Positions 12,750 through 25,058 of a stretch of DNA of 64,000 nucleotides are shown here, in pieces. The stretch spans positions 186,001 through 250,000 of the forward strand of contig JAHLWZ010000016.1 of assembly GCA_020536535.1 (NCBI GenBank), read 5' to 3'. The notes beneath the pieces are model-generated. The model was not told where the DNA came from, searched no databases, and saw nothing but the letters and a program-made list of their open reading frames with translations. Both the position numbers and the translations under genes were made by a program. Origin of the DNA: Pelomyxa schiedti (lineage: Eukaryota; Protista; Evosea). Numbering within the stretch: the stretch's first letter is position 1; each line of letters begins with the position of its first letter.

Positions 12750-13046
12750 ACACCTCACCACACACCACCGTAGCAGCACCCACACCACCAAATCCACAAA
12801 CCAAATAAAACAACTTGTTTTCTTTGACTTCCCCAAACACACCGAATTTCTTTCTGATCAGCAAGAAGCAGGGGACGGTTTGTGAAGCGTCTTTGGGAAA
12901 CCCGATTTTTTCTATATCAGGTGTATCCTTGAGGTTCTCAGCCAAAGGTGGCAACAAGAAAAACTCAATGGACAAAAAAGCCACAGCGGGGAAAAAAAAC
13001 CCTTTGTTCATACAACAAGGATCATGAGGGAACAACTCTTGAATTC

Positions 13047-14387
13047 TTAGGAAGAGAAGCCAATTGACAACACCAGGAAGTTCCACAAGGGAAATGAAAG
13101 AACCAGCACCACACCAACAGTGTGCAGGGGTGTCACGGTGGTGTCAATGACTGTGACACATGATTCTTCTGGGTTAGTGTGGAACAAGAACCCCATTGAA
13201 CCTTGCACTGTGGGCCTTCCACCTTTGCTCTTACTGGGTTTTTTTGTATTTGTGATGAGACTGCCTCCAGTTGTTTTTGGCAACGGAATCTCTTTTACCT
13301 GTTTTGTTGTGACTTGGTTATTGCAATTCCAGATTGGCACACTGCCACCCACTCTCCCTGAAGAGAAATACTCAGAATCACTGAGGGGCTGATAGGCACG
13401 TTCAGATAGCTTTCTTGCAATGCCACTTGATGCTTCAACTTCAAAGGAATGGTTCCCCACTTCAACGATGAAGGTGCGAGTACCGTCGTTCCTCCTCATT
13501 GAAAACACATGGAGGAACCTCGGGAGAACAGATACGTCAATTAGGCAACGTGTGACACATAGAACACACAGTGTGCCACTGGAGTGGGTTCCTTCCACGT
13601 CCACAATCAGCACATCTGGTGCGGATGCACTGTCCCCAACCACTGCCATCAGCAGTTGGTTGGGCTGCGATGGAATCCACGTCAAATCACCAGTACTGAA
13701 CCAGCCACCAGCAACAGAAAACTTATGTGGAAGCACAGCTGTTGTGACCCCTCCAGGCTTGTTGGCCTGTGCCACCAGTTCTTCCAGTTGCACATTCAGC
13801 CGTTTCGTGAGCAGCACTGTTTCCTGGTGCCCTCCGCGGTCCAAGTTGCCCCCTCTCACCAGCCACTTCCCATTTACTGCATCGCAACCCCACTCAAAGT
13901 CCACAGGCTCAGTATCCACGAGCCCAATTGTCTCCAAGCCGCCAGTGTTGCCGACGCAATTGCACAAATACAAGCCCTCAGGCCCACCCACATCGAGCCA
14001 GTCCTTCACCAAGAACAGCCTGTCACTCATCCAGCAACGGTTCTTTGGGAGCCCAGGCCACCTCCTCTCGATGTCACCCACCACACTCCCCAGCAGCGGT
14101 GACACCCTCACACACAGACAAGCTTGCATGAGTGTGTTAATGATGGTGCCCTTCGTCTTGCTGCGCCTGCCTGGCGGGGCCGGCGGCCCGCAGTCTCCTT
14201 CCGGTTCGTCGTAAAGGAACTTCTCGCCAGTCAGTTGCAACACAAACGTCCTGGCTGTACCCCTTGCCAGGTCCCACACCAACTGACCAACAACGTGACC
14301 AACCACAGGTAGGTGGGCCAGGGCACCCAGTTGCTCACGTGAATGTATCATCGAACTAACCACATAGTCGCCGCTCCCCTTAATCAT
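13047..14387 (-). CDS. Intronless hypothetical protein of a lineage-expanded family (446 aa)
   Basis: Long uninterrupted ORF. N-terminal REQLGAL motif followed by beta-rich repeats (VNGKWLV, LIVDVEGTHSSG..V), similar in layout to ORF 39752-41035. Confidence 0.75.
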   Translation of the reverse strand: MIKGSGDYVVSSMIHSREQLGALAHLPVVGHVVGQLVWDLARGTARTFVLQLTGEKFLYDEPEGDCGPPAPPGRRSKTKGTIINTLMQACLCVRVSPLLGSVVGDIERRWPGLPKNRCWMSDRLFLVKDWLDVGGPEGLYLCNCVGNTGGLETIGLVDTEPVDFEWGCDAVNGKWLVRGGNLDRGGHQETVLLTKRLNVQLEELVAQANKPGGVTTAVLPHKFSVAGGWFSTGDLTWIPSQPNQLLMAVVGDSASAPDVLIVDVEGTHSSGTLCVLCVTRCLIDVSVLPRFLHVFSMRRNDGTRTFIVEVGNHSFEVEASSGIARKLSERAYQPLSDSEYFSSGRVGGSVPIWNCNNQVTTKQVKEIPLPKTTGGSLITNTKKPSKSKGGRPTVQGSMGFLFHTNPEESCVTVIDTTVTPLHTVGVVLVLSFPLWNFLVLSIGFSS

Positions 14388-14633
14388 CGGCCAGCAAATC
14401 TGAAAAACAAACGGTTCTTGACAAGAAAGGGATCGGACCGACCACTGAGACCCATCTCAATGGACAAGGTGAGGCTCAATAACATGTCACAACGTATGAA
14501 CGCGGCGCACTGATCATACCGAACAACCCTTGCACTGAAGCCCTCTCACCAGAATTTGTTCAATTTGGTTTTCACATAGGATGAAGTTGTTGTTTTTTTT
14601 TTTCGCCGGTGTACAAAAATCCTCTGCGCAGCC

Positions 14634-17600
14634 TTAGTTCGCGTCGTCGTCTTCCTCGTCACCTTCCTCCCACTCGCCTTCTTCCTCGTCGTCGTCTGCT
14701 TCTTCCTCTTGTTCTTCCTCCCTGAGCTCGGTTCTGCGAGTTATCAGAGCCGCGGCAAGGAGGCTAACCATGTCGTTCTTCTTGGGCTTCTCGGCTTCAA
14801 CTTGTGCCTGCAGTGTAGTTTTGGTTGTGGGTGGTTAGAGTGGTACAGAGAGTAATTGTTTTGTTTGCACTCGCGGAAAGGCAAGCATACCTGGTCAACA
14901 TGCTTGAGGCTGGCACCTTGTTGGATGGAGGAAAGGAGGTCGGCACGGCCACCTGTTGCAGCTTTTATATGTTGATATGAGTATCAGTAAGGAAAGGAAT
15001 CAGTGAAAGAGCCAAAGAAACACACGTGAAGGGGGCGCCGCCGCTCTGGCCACTGGAGGCGGCGGAGGAGCGCGAGGCGTGGGGCCCGAAGGAGGCGGCG
15101 GCGGGGGGGGGAGGCGGCGGCGGCGAGGAAGAGGACGGGGACGGGGACGCCGCGGGCTCGGGCTCGTCCTGAATTATGGGCGTGGCGGCGTGTGTCGAGT
15201 GCGGTGTCGATGCCGGTGCGGAATTGGACATTGAACTGAGTCTGGAACACTCCGCTTGAAGCCTGTCATTCTCTTGCTCGTGCTGTGGTTCGTGGGAGAA
15301 AAGAGGTTGTGATCGACAAAAGAAATTGTGGGTTAGGACACTTACTGTGGCGATGGTTCGTTGTAGTTGTTGTATCTTGGACTCGAATTGGGAGACTGTT
15401 TTGGTATGTGCTTCTGTGAGTTGAGCCTGCTCTTTTTTGCTTTCCACTCTGATTTTTGCTAGATCATCTATTCAGATAGCGTGAGTGAGGCTTGAAAAAT
15501 AATTCACAATACCCTCTTGTTTCTTCTTCAGGGCCTTCATTTCTCTTTCAAGGGTTTCACGGAGTCCGGCTAAGTCCGAGGCACCTTTAGTAGAGGATTC
15601 CACAGTGACTCTCAATTCCTTCAACTCGAGTGTGGCTTTGTTTGTTGCTGAGTGAGCATCATCTCGTTCTTTAAGGGCCACACTCAAAGCTTTTTTAGTA
15701 GTTTCTAACTTTTTCTCGTCACAAATTTATTGAAAAGACTATATCTGTACCTCTGTTTTAAGCAAGGCCATTTCTTTAGCAGCCCTTTCAGCTCCCCGCA
15801 TTTCTCCTTCCCGTGCAGCAGTTTCTTTAGCTGACCGCAGTTCGTCTTAGCAAAGAATGTCAGGTTGAGACGAAAGTGAGAAGTTACAAAAAAGCAAAAA
15901 TTAGAACTACTTCCATTAGAAATTAACACAAAATCCACATACCTTCAAATCGCTTTTGCATTTCAGCAAATTCACGCTTCAGCTTGTCTTGTGCAGCTTT
16001 TACTTCAACTGAAGTTCCCTGAGCAGCAACAGCAGAGTGCGCTTGTAATTCCCTTACCTGTGCCCGTAGTTATTTGAAGACAAGAATAGTAGTGTGTACC
16101 TCCGCATCTTTAGCTCTTACACTTGTGACAAGTGCCTCTTTCTCTTTTTCTACAGCAAGTAACCTTTTACGGCAATTTTCCACCTGGGAGTGATGTTAGG
16201 GAGGTAGAAGGGTACTCAAACGAACTTCGCTTTTTGACGTCTCCACCCCCTTAGCTAAATCAAGATTTTTGCCTCGCTCCCTGTTTATTTCCTCCTTCAG
16301 TCCTTTCATTTCCACTGTCAAGTGTTATAATGGTAGCTTTGTTGGGGGTGCTTCTTACGGTCGTATTTTGATTGCAATTCTTTAAGGCTTCTTTGCATCT
16401 CTTCACCAGCTCTATCTGGTAATCTTGCTTTAAGAGAGGCTTCTTGTACCTTAACGTGGTTTCTAGTATGCAGTGAAAGTGAATCCTTACTTCGAGTTCC
16501 AAGTTTCTTTTAGCTGTGGATAATGTTTCTTTGTCTTGAGTAAGAGTGGCCACACTTTTCTTCAAGGTATCTATCTGGGGAAGGCTGGTAGGGAAGAAGA
16601 TAGTCAGAGAAGGGATTGAACCTGTGCAACTTGCAATTGCAGCTTATCGATGAGAGAATCTTTTTCATGTATTTCTTTTCTCAAGCTCTCGATTAACTGT
16701 GTTTGAGCAGCATTGGCACTTGAATTTGAATTCGAGGTTGTTTGCAATGAAGACTTCATTGTAGGGGATGATACAGATGTGCTGTGAGTTAATTGTGGGC
16801 GAGTTGTGGGAACTGCTGGTGGACGGTTAACAGTGGGAGAACTGTAGGAGCTGGATCCACTTGAAGAAAGTGTGGAACTAAAAAAGGTCAGTACCGAAGA
16901 AGTAGAAAGGGGAAGGAACAACGGTTGTTTTGCTGTGACAACTGATGAGCCTGTGGCTAATGTTTTATCAGAGGGGGGAAAAGAAAGTTGCATGCAGACC
17001 AGGTGTTTTTGTGGCACTACCATTTTGTATAGGTGCTGGTTTGACTGTTGAAGTAGTATTTGTACCACCTACAATAATATTAGTGCTTAATCTTGAACAA
17101 ATTTAACCTGAAGTTTTCAAAGACCCTGTTGATGAAGGAACAGTAGGAGAGGGCCCTTTACAAAGTGATTTTGGAATTGGGGAGGCATATGGACATACGT
17201 GTTATCGGGGAGGGCCTGGTAGTTTGCTGGTTGTTGGGTGCTGTGGTTGGTTTAGGACTTGTTGGAACTGATGGCTTTGTTGCTGGGGAGGGAGAAGCCG
17301 TCTTGGGGGGTGCTCCTGTACCAGTTTTCGAGGATTGATTTGGTTCTGGTTCATTAGTAATGTTTTTTAGCATATCCATATCAATATTCTTCAACAAGTC
17401 CGTTGCTTCTGCTCTTGTCATAGGTTTTTGTCCTTGTTTCTAATACTAGTTAGAGATGAAGCTGGAGGAAAGGTGAGAAACAACCTTGAGTTCAACATCG
17501 AGATCCGAAAACAGTTTGGAAAGTTCAGGTGGCAGATTAGAGGTAACAAACCCCTTTTCTTCAGAGTAACCAATATGCCCTCCATGGTGGCATGATGTCG

Positions 17601-18324
17601 GCCCTTGGGAGACATTATGAAAATTGCATCACCCATTAAGTTGGAAAAACCGGTAATTACAAGGGCCTTTTCTTCTTCTTTTGTATCCCCAACTAATTTA
17701 TTCATAAAGGACATAAAGGTTCCTTTCCTTTAAAGGTGGTTAGGACCAGTAGAGTTTCAAATAGATATGAAAGAGATAGAACTCACGTTGAAGTTGACGT
17801 TGACGTTGAAGATGGTGTTGGAGTTGAAGCAGGTTTTGCAGCTGCTGGCTTAGCGGTTGTACTACCACCTGATGGTGTAGAACGTGAAGCAGAATTACTA
17901 TGTGGAGTTGTGCTCTTTGATGCTGGCTTCTTCTTTCTTTTTCTTGCACCAGTGGGAGTATCACCTTTGGGCCTTGATCCAGTCCTGCGAAGCTTTGGAT
18001 TTTCCGCCAGTGTATCATTTCCAGCAACATACTCTAATGCACCATAAAAAACGAATTCCAACACCACAGAAAAAGAAAAAAAAAACTGAGTGGCAGAAAC
18101 AAAAAAATAGCCTCCAATTCGCCACAAAAACAAAACCCAACAGACGATGTGTCGATGTAACACCAATAAAAAACCAAAAAAATCTAAAAAAAAAAAGGGA
18201 ACCAACTGGGGGTGGAAGACACGGCTGACGGTGCCTTTGAGTGATTGTGTTGACATGTGATGCACTTCTCAGGCATGAACGGATTGGGTCGCATATTGGC
18301 ACACGAGCATGTCTTGCACGACAT
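14634..18324 (-). CDS. WASP-family-like actin nucleation-promoting factor: Cys/His motif, basic region, CRIB, coiled coil, polyproline, WH2-C-A
   Basis: Spliced CRIB VITGPTSCHHGGHIGYSEEKGFVTSNLPPELSKLF (about 17500-17670); WH2 GGRADLLSSIQQGASLKHVD (14891-14960); central MVSLLAAALITRRTEL; acidic tail DDDEEEGEWEE...*. Heptad-rich exons at about 15330-16700. A 1-nt frame discrepancy lies at the G9 run 15103-15111. Confidence 0.85.
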
Positions 18325-18672
18325 TTTTGATGTTACAGCCTTTTTTTTTCCTCTCTGGTGTGTTGCTCACACCTTTGTTTGTCTCTCGTATAGTTTTCCC
18401 CACGACCTTTCGTTTGGTGGCCTTCAAAACCCCGAGAAACGTCGATCGGTGTTTGCCACAGCTCAAAAATGGCCTTTTTGGAAATGTTGGTACACGATCA
18501 AACTCGAGTGTCTGAGCACATGTAGCCCACGTCTGCACAGCTGGAAATCAACCAGTAGCTTTACTCTTTTCTCTGGCCTCAGAGACTCCGGAAAAGGACA
18601 CTCGATCAGATCGACGATCGACATTTCCTCCATCGCCTAAAACCGAAAACGGACAAACATTTCAATTTGACG

Positions 18673-20615
18673 ATGCGGGGCCTGTTCTTGTTGGTAGTGG
18701 TGGCTTGTTTCGTCTCCACGTTGATTAGAAGTTCTGTTTCCCTCCCGAATTTTGTGGTGTTCTTTGCTGATGACTTGGGCTCAGTTACCTTCCATTTCTT
18801 TTCAAATCTCCACCTCTCCCAAAGCCACTCCCTGCCACTTTTTTCAACTCCCTTAATTTTGTTTTAAGGACTTGGGTGATGTGAGCCCCACGGTTTTTAC
18901 ACCAAATATTGATCGCATGCGTAGTGAGGGAATGAAGCTCTCGCAATGGTAGTCTACATTCTTTGTCTTCTTTCTTTTGAATATCAGTAATTGGTTCTTC
19001 TCACAATTACATTTGTTTTTGCTCGCAGGTACGCCCCTGCTGTTGTTTGTACTCCAGCGAGGGCTACTTTGTTGACTGGGAGATACGCACTGCGCAGTGG
19101 AATGACAGACAATCTAATGAGGGTGTTGGAATGCGATGCTGCGGGAGGATTGCCTGAAAACGAGACGACATTTGCCACACACCTTAAAACTAAGGGATAT
19201 GCTACGGCTGCTATCGGAAAGGTTTATTTCTACTCACCAATTGAGCATCACACCTAATTCACATAATTTCTCGTCTAGTGGCACTTGGGCCAAAGAGAGG
19301 AGTATTTACCTACAAATAGGGGATTTGACTATTACTATGGAATTCCTTATAGCATTGATATGGGCCTATTCTTAGAGGGTCCATGCCAGCAGCTGGGAAA
19401 AGTAAGATATCCTTAGTTCAAACTAAGTGAAATCTGAATTGTAAAGTGTGTTTGGCTCCCCCTTCTGGAAGGGACCAAAGTTGTAAAGCAGCCTGTGAGT
19501 CCTTATGAGCTCGCTCCTCTTCTTAGGCAGAAAGCCATTGATTGGATCACAGCTCACAAAGACTCCCCGTTTTTATTGTATTACCCATCACCCCACACCC
19601 ATGTAACAGACATATGCCTCTCAAATGGAACTACTATACGGCAGTACAGCTCTTCAATGGTGAGTCTTTCAACCTAGAAATTGTCACTTTCCACTTATCA
19701 CAGTGTAGTTTACTGGTACTTCCAAGAGGGGAACATACGGAGATGCTGTTCAGGAACTTGACTGGGAGCTTGGTGGAATCCTGGATACACTTCGAAGTTT
19801 AGGATTGGAAGAAAATACACTCGTATTTTTTGTTTCTGATCAGGTCCACAATCCCTCTTGAACCCCGTTTTTTTTACTGAGTACCATTCAGGGTCCTTGG
19901 GTAAAGCTCGGGACGGAGAGCGGAAATGTGGGAATTTTTTCTGGGAGGTATGCCTCATACATGGACGTCGGAAAAGGTAGTACTTGGGAGGGTGGCCTCA
20001 GAGTCTCCTCATACGCCTGGTGGCCTTCTCACATTGCTGCGGGGTCAACTTCACAAGAAGTTTGCATGCACCCTTATTCGTGTTGAATAGTGATTTCTTT
20101 CACCAGGTTCTCAGCCACATGGATATCTTTTCAACAATCCTGTCTCTTGCAGGCATTTCTCCTCCAGATAATGTTACCATTGATGGGCACGATATTACCG
20201 GTGTTCTCACACCAAGTCCTGACATTCCATATACACCCCTCGATTACCTTTTCCTTTACCGCGATGAAGACCTCTACGCAGTGCGGAATGGGGCATACAA
20301 AGTCCACTACACCACACACTCTGGATATGGCCATGAACCGGCCATACAACACGATCCTCCTCTAGTTTTCAATGTGGAAGTAGACCCATCTGAGGCCTAC
20401 CCCCTTGATACCAATGACACAACAATACAACAAGTAATCTTCTCTTCCACTCCCCAGGTACACTAAATTCATCCCGTTAGGTCATTGTAAATTGCCAGGC
20501 GGCAGTTGACCAACACAAAGCAACAATGGTTCCAGGGCACAACCAGTTGAAAATTGCAGCACCACAATTCACAATATGTTGTGATGAATCCACAGATTGT
20601 ATTTGTGGACAGTAA
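18673..20615 (+). CDS. Arylsulfatase (Cys-type, ARSA/ARSG-like), secreted or lysosomal
   Basis: Signal peptide, [77 protein letters not shown]. Confidence 0.9.
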
Positions 20616-20655
20616 AAAAAAAAAATGTTGGATTTTCTTTTATTTGCTTCGATTT

Positions 20656-23124
20656 TCACCACTTGCTGAAGTCACCATAGGAAGGTGAAGCTGAAGCGGA
20701 AGCGGAAGCAGAAGCAGTTGTGTTTGTGGTGTTTTTGAGTTTGGGAACTCCAACTCTTCTCTCTTTTGGAATTGGAGCTTCATAGGAGAATTCAATGCCG
20801 GGTCGTTTTCTTTCTGCCATAGCACGCGCTCGCTGGGTCATTGGAGGTGGGGGCTCGGTTGAGGGTGTGGTGGGTATAACTCCAATGAAACGGCCCACTC
20901 CAGTCTTGGTTGTTTTTGGCAGTCTCGGTGCTGGGTTGGAGAACCATTCTCCTCGGTTTTCCTTTTGGGTGTTAGAATGAAGAATACTCGGCGAGGTTAG
21001 TGGAGGTAGGTGCAGGTGAAATGTGTTTTTGTTGGTGAGTACCTCATCCCATTTGGATTGCTCTAAACGGGCTGCTTCTTCCTGTTTTCTTCTTTCTTCT
21101 TCAAGTTCTTTTTCGACATCATTGAATGGGTTGACATAAACAATGGCTCTTTCCAAAATGACAGGTTCCTTTTTTTTTTTGATAAGTAGAGTTTGAACAA
21201 AAGTTCGATAAAGTCAACCACTGGGTGATTCTCATCATCAGTGGGAATTTCCTCGATTTGTCTAAGTACATCAACACCGCCAACTACATGTCCGAATATC
21301 GTGTGCAGTCCATCCAGGTGGTGTGCAGATTTATAGGTTATAAAGCTGTAGGACCGATTTTAGAAAAGGAGAACTATTGCAGGTATCTCACAATTGGGAG
21401 CCATTTGTATTCGGGCCTCTGTTTGCCATAGATACAACTCCGGTTCCTTTGTGAACGAGATGTGCTCTAATTTCGTCCTGAGTGTGTTGATTTGGTTAAA
21501 AATACAAAAGCACTCAGGGGAGAAAACCTTAAAAGGCTTCTTCCAAAAGGAGTCCCCCCCTTTACCAGTACCAGTAGGATCACCTCCTTGTAAGATGAAA
21601 TTCTTTATGCTTCTATGAAATACTGTTCCATTGTAGTAACCACTTTCACATAGGGAAAGAAAGTTTTCTGTTGTTTTTGGTACCTAAGAATAAGTTAAAG
21701 GTAAAGAGGATGTGATATTAGTTATGGAGTGTATGCACGTGGTATTGTGGCGTTATTTTCGATTTTGTTGGGGAGGCCGCACACGAGATCACAGAAGAGC
21801 TCCATATTGAGTAATCCTTTGTTTGTCTGTAGTGTGACATAACCCTTTTTCTTCGTTTTTTTAACAACTTCAGAAGGGTCCCTGTCAGAAAGAACGGTGG
21901 CAGTGAATGCTGATGAAGTGAATGAAGGAGCTTGGGCATTAAGCCGCTGCGGAAGAGCATCCGATGGGCGTGCAGGTGTTGGAGTGGATGGAAGTGGTGT
22001 TGAAGGGGTAATGGAAGATGCGCTGGTGCTAGTGCTTGTGCTTGTGCTTGTTGAACTTGATGTAGAAGTGCTGGATGTTGTTGAGGAAGTAGCTGTGGTG
22101 GTTGGAGTTGCGGATGGTGTTTCAGTTTCAGATGGTAATGGTGGAGGCATTGATGTGGCCTTCTTTTGGTAAGAAAAGGCTTTAAAAAACGAAGCTTACA
22201 GGTGCAACTTTTTCTTTCTCCAGGAACTCTTTGACGACCCGTTCCGTGGAACTCGACATATTGATATTTTTGCCCGGTTCCCATTGCTCTTCAGCTTGAG
22301 CACGGAGGTGTTCCTTCACATAGTAAAAGTTATTTATATCTCTTCGTTTAGGGTCTGTAGGATCCTATATTCCCCTTGTGAAAAACCACTTTGTAAATTG
22401 GTGCCAGAGATTACTTGAATGGTTATTATATCGGCTTTGGTGAATGGGTCACCTGTAAGTAGGTCTTTCCAGTAGTCGGGCTGCAGTTCAATTAGGCTAG
22501 GAATAATAAAGACAAGACTTACTTTTATATTGAGTTGTTCAATGGCCTCCCATGAAAAAACATTTCCCGATGGTTTTAGTGCAACAATATGTGAAAATTG
22601 CGTGAACTCTTTTTTTAATAGAGGGCATTGATAATTGCCTTTTGTAAAGTCGCCTCAAGTAAGTAGTTTCAATTAAAAAATAAGGAAATAACCGTCAGCA
22701 TTCTTTTCAAAATGGAGTCTTATGAGCTCTTTTGCAGTCATCTTCTTCCCTGATGCTGGGTCATGCCCGTGCCTCTTCAGATACGGTATAACATTCCTGT
22801 TATAATTTTAGACAAAACAGTTATGTAGAGAAAGAGAAACGAAAGTCAAGAACGCACAATATGTCGTATATAATGCCATCAGAGTTGCAAACAGGGTCCT
22901 CGAAAGGGTTGAGAGACAAAGCACAAGTGTCAAAAGGAAGGGGTTTGATGCCCGGCCCACCCAAGTCGTCTTCTTCCTTTCCTCCATAGTCACGTGCCCA
23001 CTCGGTCATCGTGATGTACCTGCATAAAAAAAAAAAAAAAAAACGGACAGCATGTTGGCTCATTTTGCACAAAAACTGCGTCCAGGAGCACACACGCTCG
23101 GTCCGTTTTCTTTCGCTGCGGCAT
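20656..23124 (-). CDS. PPIL2: Peptidyl-prolyl isomerase-like 2 (U-box + cyclophilin)
   Basis: [87 protein letters not shown]. Confidence 0.9.
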
Positions 23125-23219
23125 TCCCGTGCACTAGGTTTTCCTTTCTTTATCGAAAACAAAAGGAATTTTTATTAACTTGGGGTGATGAAGGGAGGTG
23201 TTCTTAGACACTGTTTTAC

Positions 23220-23836
23220 ATGTCGCTACATCCTTCTCCAATCACGAAGAAATCCAACGTTCTTCTTGGGTCGTACAGCCGAGAAAATGATTATTTCCTC
23301 AAGTGAGGCTACAGAGGTCATTTATTTGCACCAAACCTTTTCTCCCTTGAAACGCATCTACTATGTGAACACTAATGGTGTTATTAAGTCAAATCCTCCC
23401 TTGATTAACTTGTACGTTTCTCCAACTCCTTCCACTGAACTCAGACCCATTGTGCGCGCGGTTCACGATCTCCCTCTCCAGTGCATACAAACGAAAACAC
23501 CCCTCCGCCTCCCACTGACCAATATCCACTTCCATCTCTTCCAAGTTCGCTCCCAGAAGTCAATTTAGATGAACCCCGTTCCTTGCCATCTCTATCAAAT
23601 GGATGTACTCCCCCTTCAAAGGAACGCACCGATTACACTGACTCCACCTGCAGTGCGCCTATGCCTACCACCCACACCAGCTCAACTAACATGCTGCCAC
23701 CACACCTGCACATATATATATAGGTGCACCACACACCACTATAGCACTCGCTACCCTCCTACCAACAACCCCCATCAAGAGGGCAACACCTCCAGCCAGC
23801 GGACATCATGCAGCGATTTTAAGTGAAAAAAGTTGA
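23220..23836 (+). CDS. Possible small spliced Pro/Ser-rich hypothetical protein
   Basis: Canonical donors (gtgagg, gtacgt, gtgcgc) and a P/S/T-rich frame (NTPPPPTDQYPLPSLP) that splices in frame to a terminal exon. The 5' junctions could not be fully reconciled. Confidence 0.3.
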
Positions 23837-23867
23837 TCGATTCTTTTGCTCTATTGGGAAATAGCTC

Positions 23868-24896
23868 TCAGTGGCCTATGCACGATGGGTGCAGGTCAAA
23901 AGAGCAGGTCTCACAGTGATACACCCAGCTAGTACCGGTTCCGTGACAACCATCGCAGGTATACCTGCATATTGTTGGAGGTGAGTGGTCATTTCATACA
24001 AAGATAGGTGCTTGAGTGTTTTGTGTTTTGTGTTTACAAACCCTCCATGGTATGGAGCCGGAAGCTGGCCTGAACTCTGAAGCAAGAGAGGGTGGGCATG
24101 CCGGGCATCAGTCACAGTTCTTGGAAGTGTGGCCATCTGGGCGTCTACTTTCATGGCAAGGTCGGTGATGTGCTCTTTGGTGAAGGGGTAGCCGGGAGTC
24201 CGGTATGTTGTGACTTCGAAGGTGGCATCATCATCGCGTACATTGCCCACTTGATCAAGAAGTACGAGTGTGGGGAATGCTCCTACCTGGGTTTTTGTGT
24301 TGATTTTGAGCTTATAGAAAGAGCGAAGGAGAGGACCCAACCTGGTACCTCTCCATGAGGAAATCGGGTGTGTCCGGCTCATCCAAAGGTACAGCGAGCC
24401 AAGGCATCTCTGACATGGCGGCATTGAAGACCTGAGGTGTAACCTAGTTAGACCCAAAGTAGTTTGAAAGTGATTGGGGGGCGGGGGGATGCCTCAGGTG
24501 CAATCTTTTCTGGTACTACAAGAACCACCTCAAATGGCTTGTTTCCTGCCGCCCTCAATTCGTTGTATACTGATACAAGAATAGCAGTGAATTCTTTGCA
24601 GTGCACACTTTTTTTGTGTAAGTTACGCAGACTATAAAAGCTAACTGACATTGAACAATAACACCACTTTTCCCGACTACGCCGTGTATCACACTTTTTT
24701 AAATTTTAGCACTTACAAACGGAACAACAACAACGCACTCGGGGCTCCAGAAGTACAATCCAACGAGTGGGTGGTTGAAAAGGGCAGCAACATCAACCCT
24801 CTGGCCAGTTTTGTTGATCAGCCAATTTCTGGCAGGCGTTCGCAGTACGAGGGCGGCGGGCAACGCTTCGAATTTCGGTGACCCAAACGTGGCCAT
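23868..24896 (-). CDS. Nucleoredoxin/tryparedoxin-like thioredoxin-fold protein with C-terminal C1 (DC1) domain
   Basis: LVGLYF...[16 protein letters not shown]...[26 protein letters not shown], then HAHPL...[28 protein letters not shown]. Confidence 0.85.
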
Positions 24897-25058
24897 TGTC
24901 TCGTTGTCTTTTTTGGTTTTTTTTTTTTTTTTTTCTTTTCGTTTGTGTTTTTTTTTTTTTTTTTGTTGGCTTCGGTTTTTTCATCGGTTTGCCTTCTTAA
25001 CGGTTGCTTTTTTGTTTGTGATGGAAGTTTGATGGGAGTTTGTCGCCAGCATTATTTA

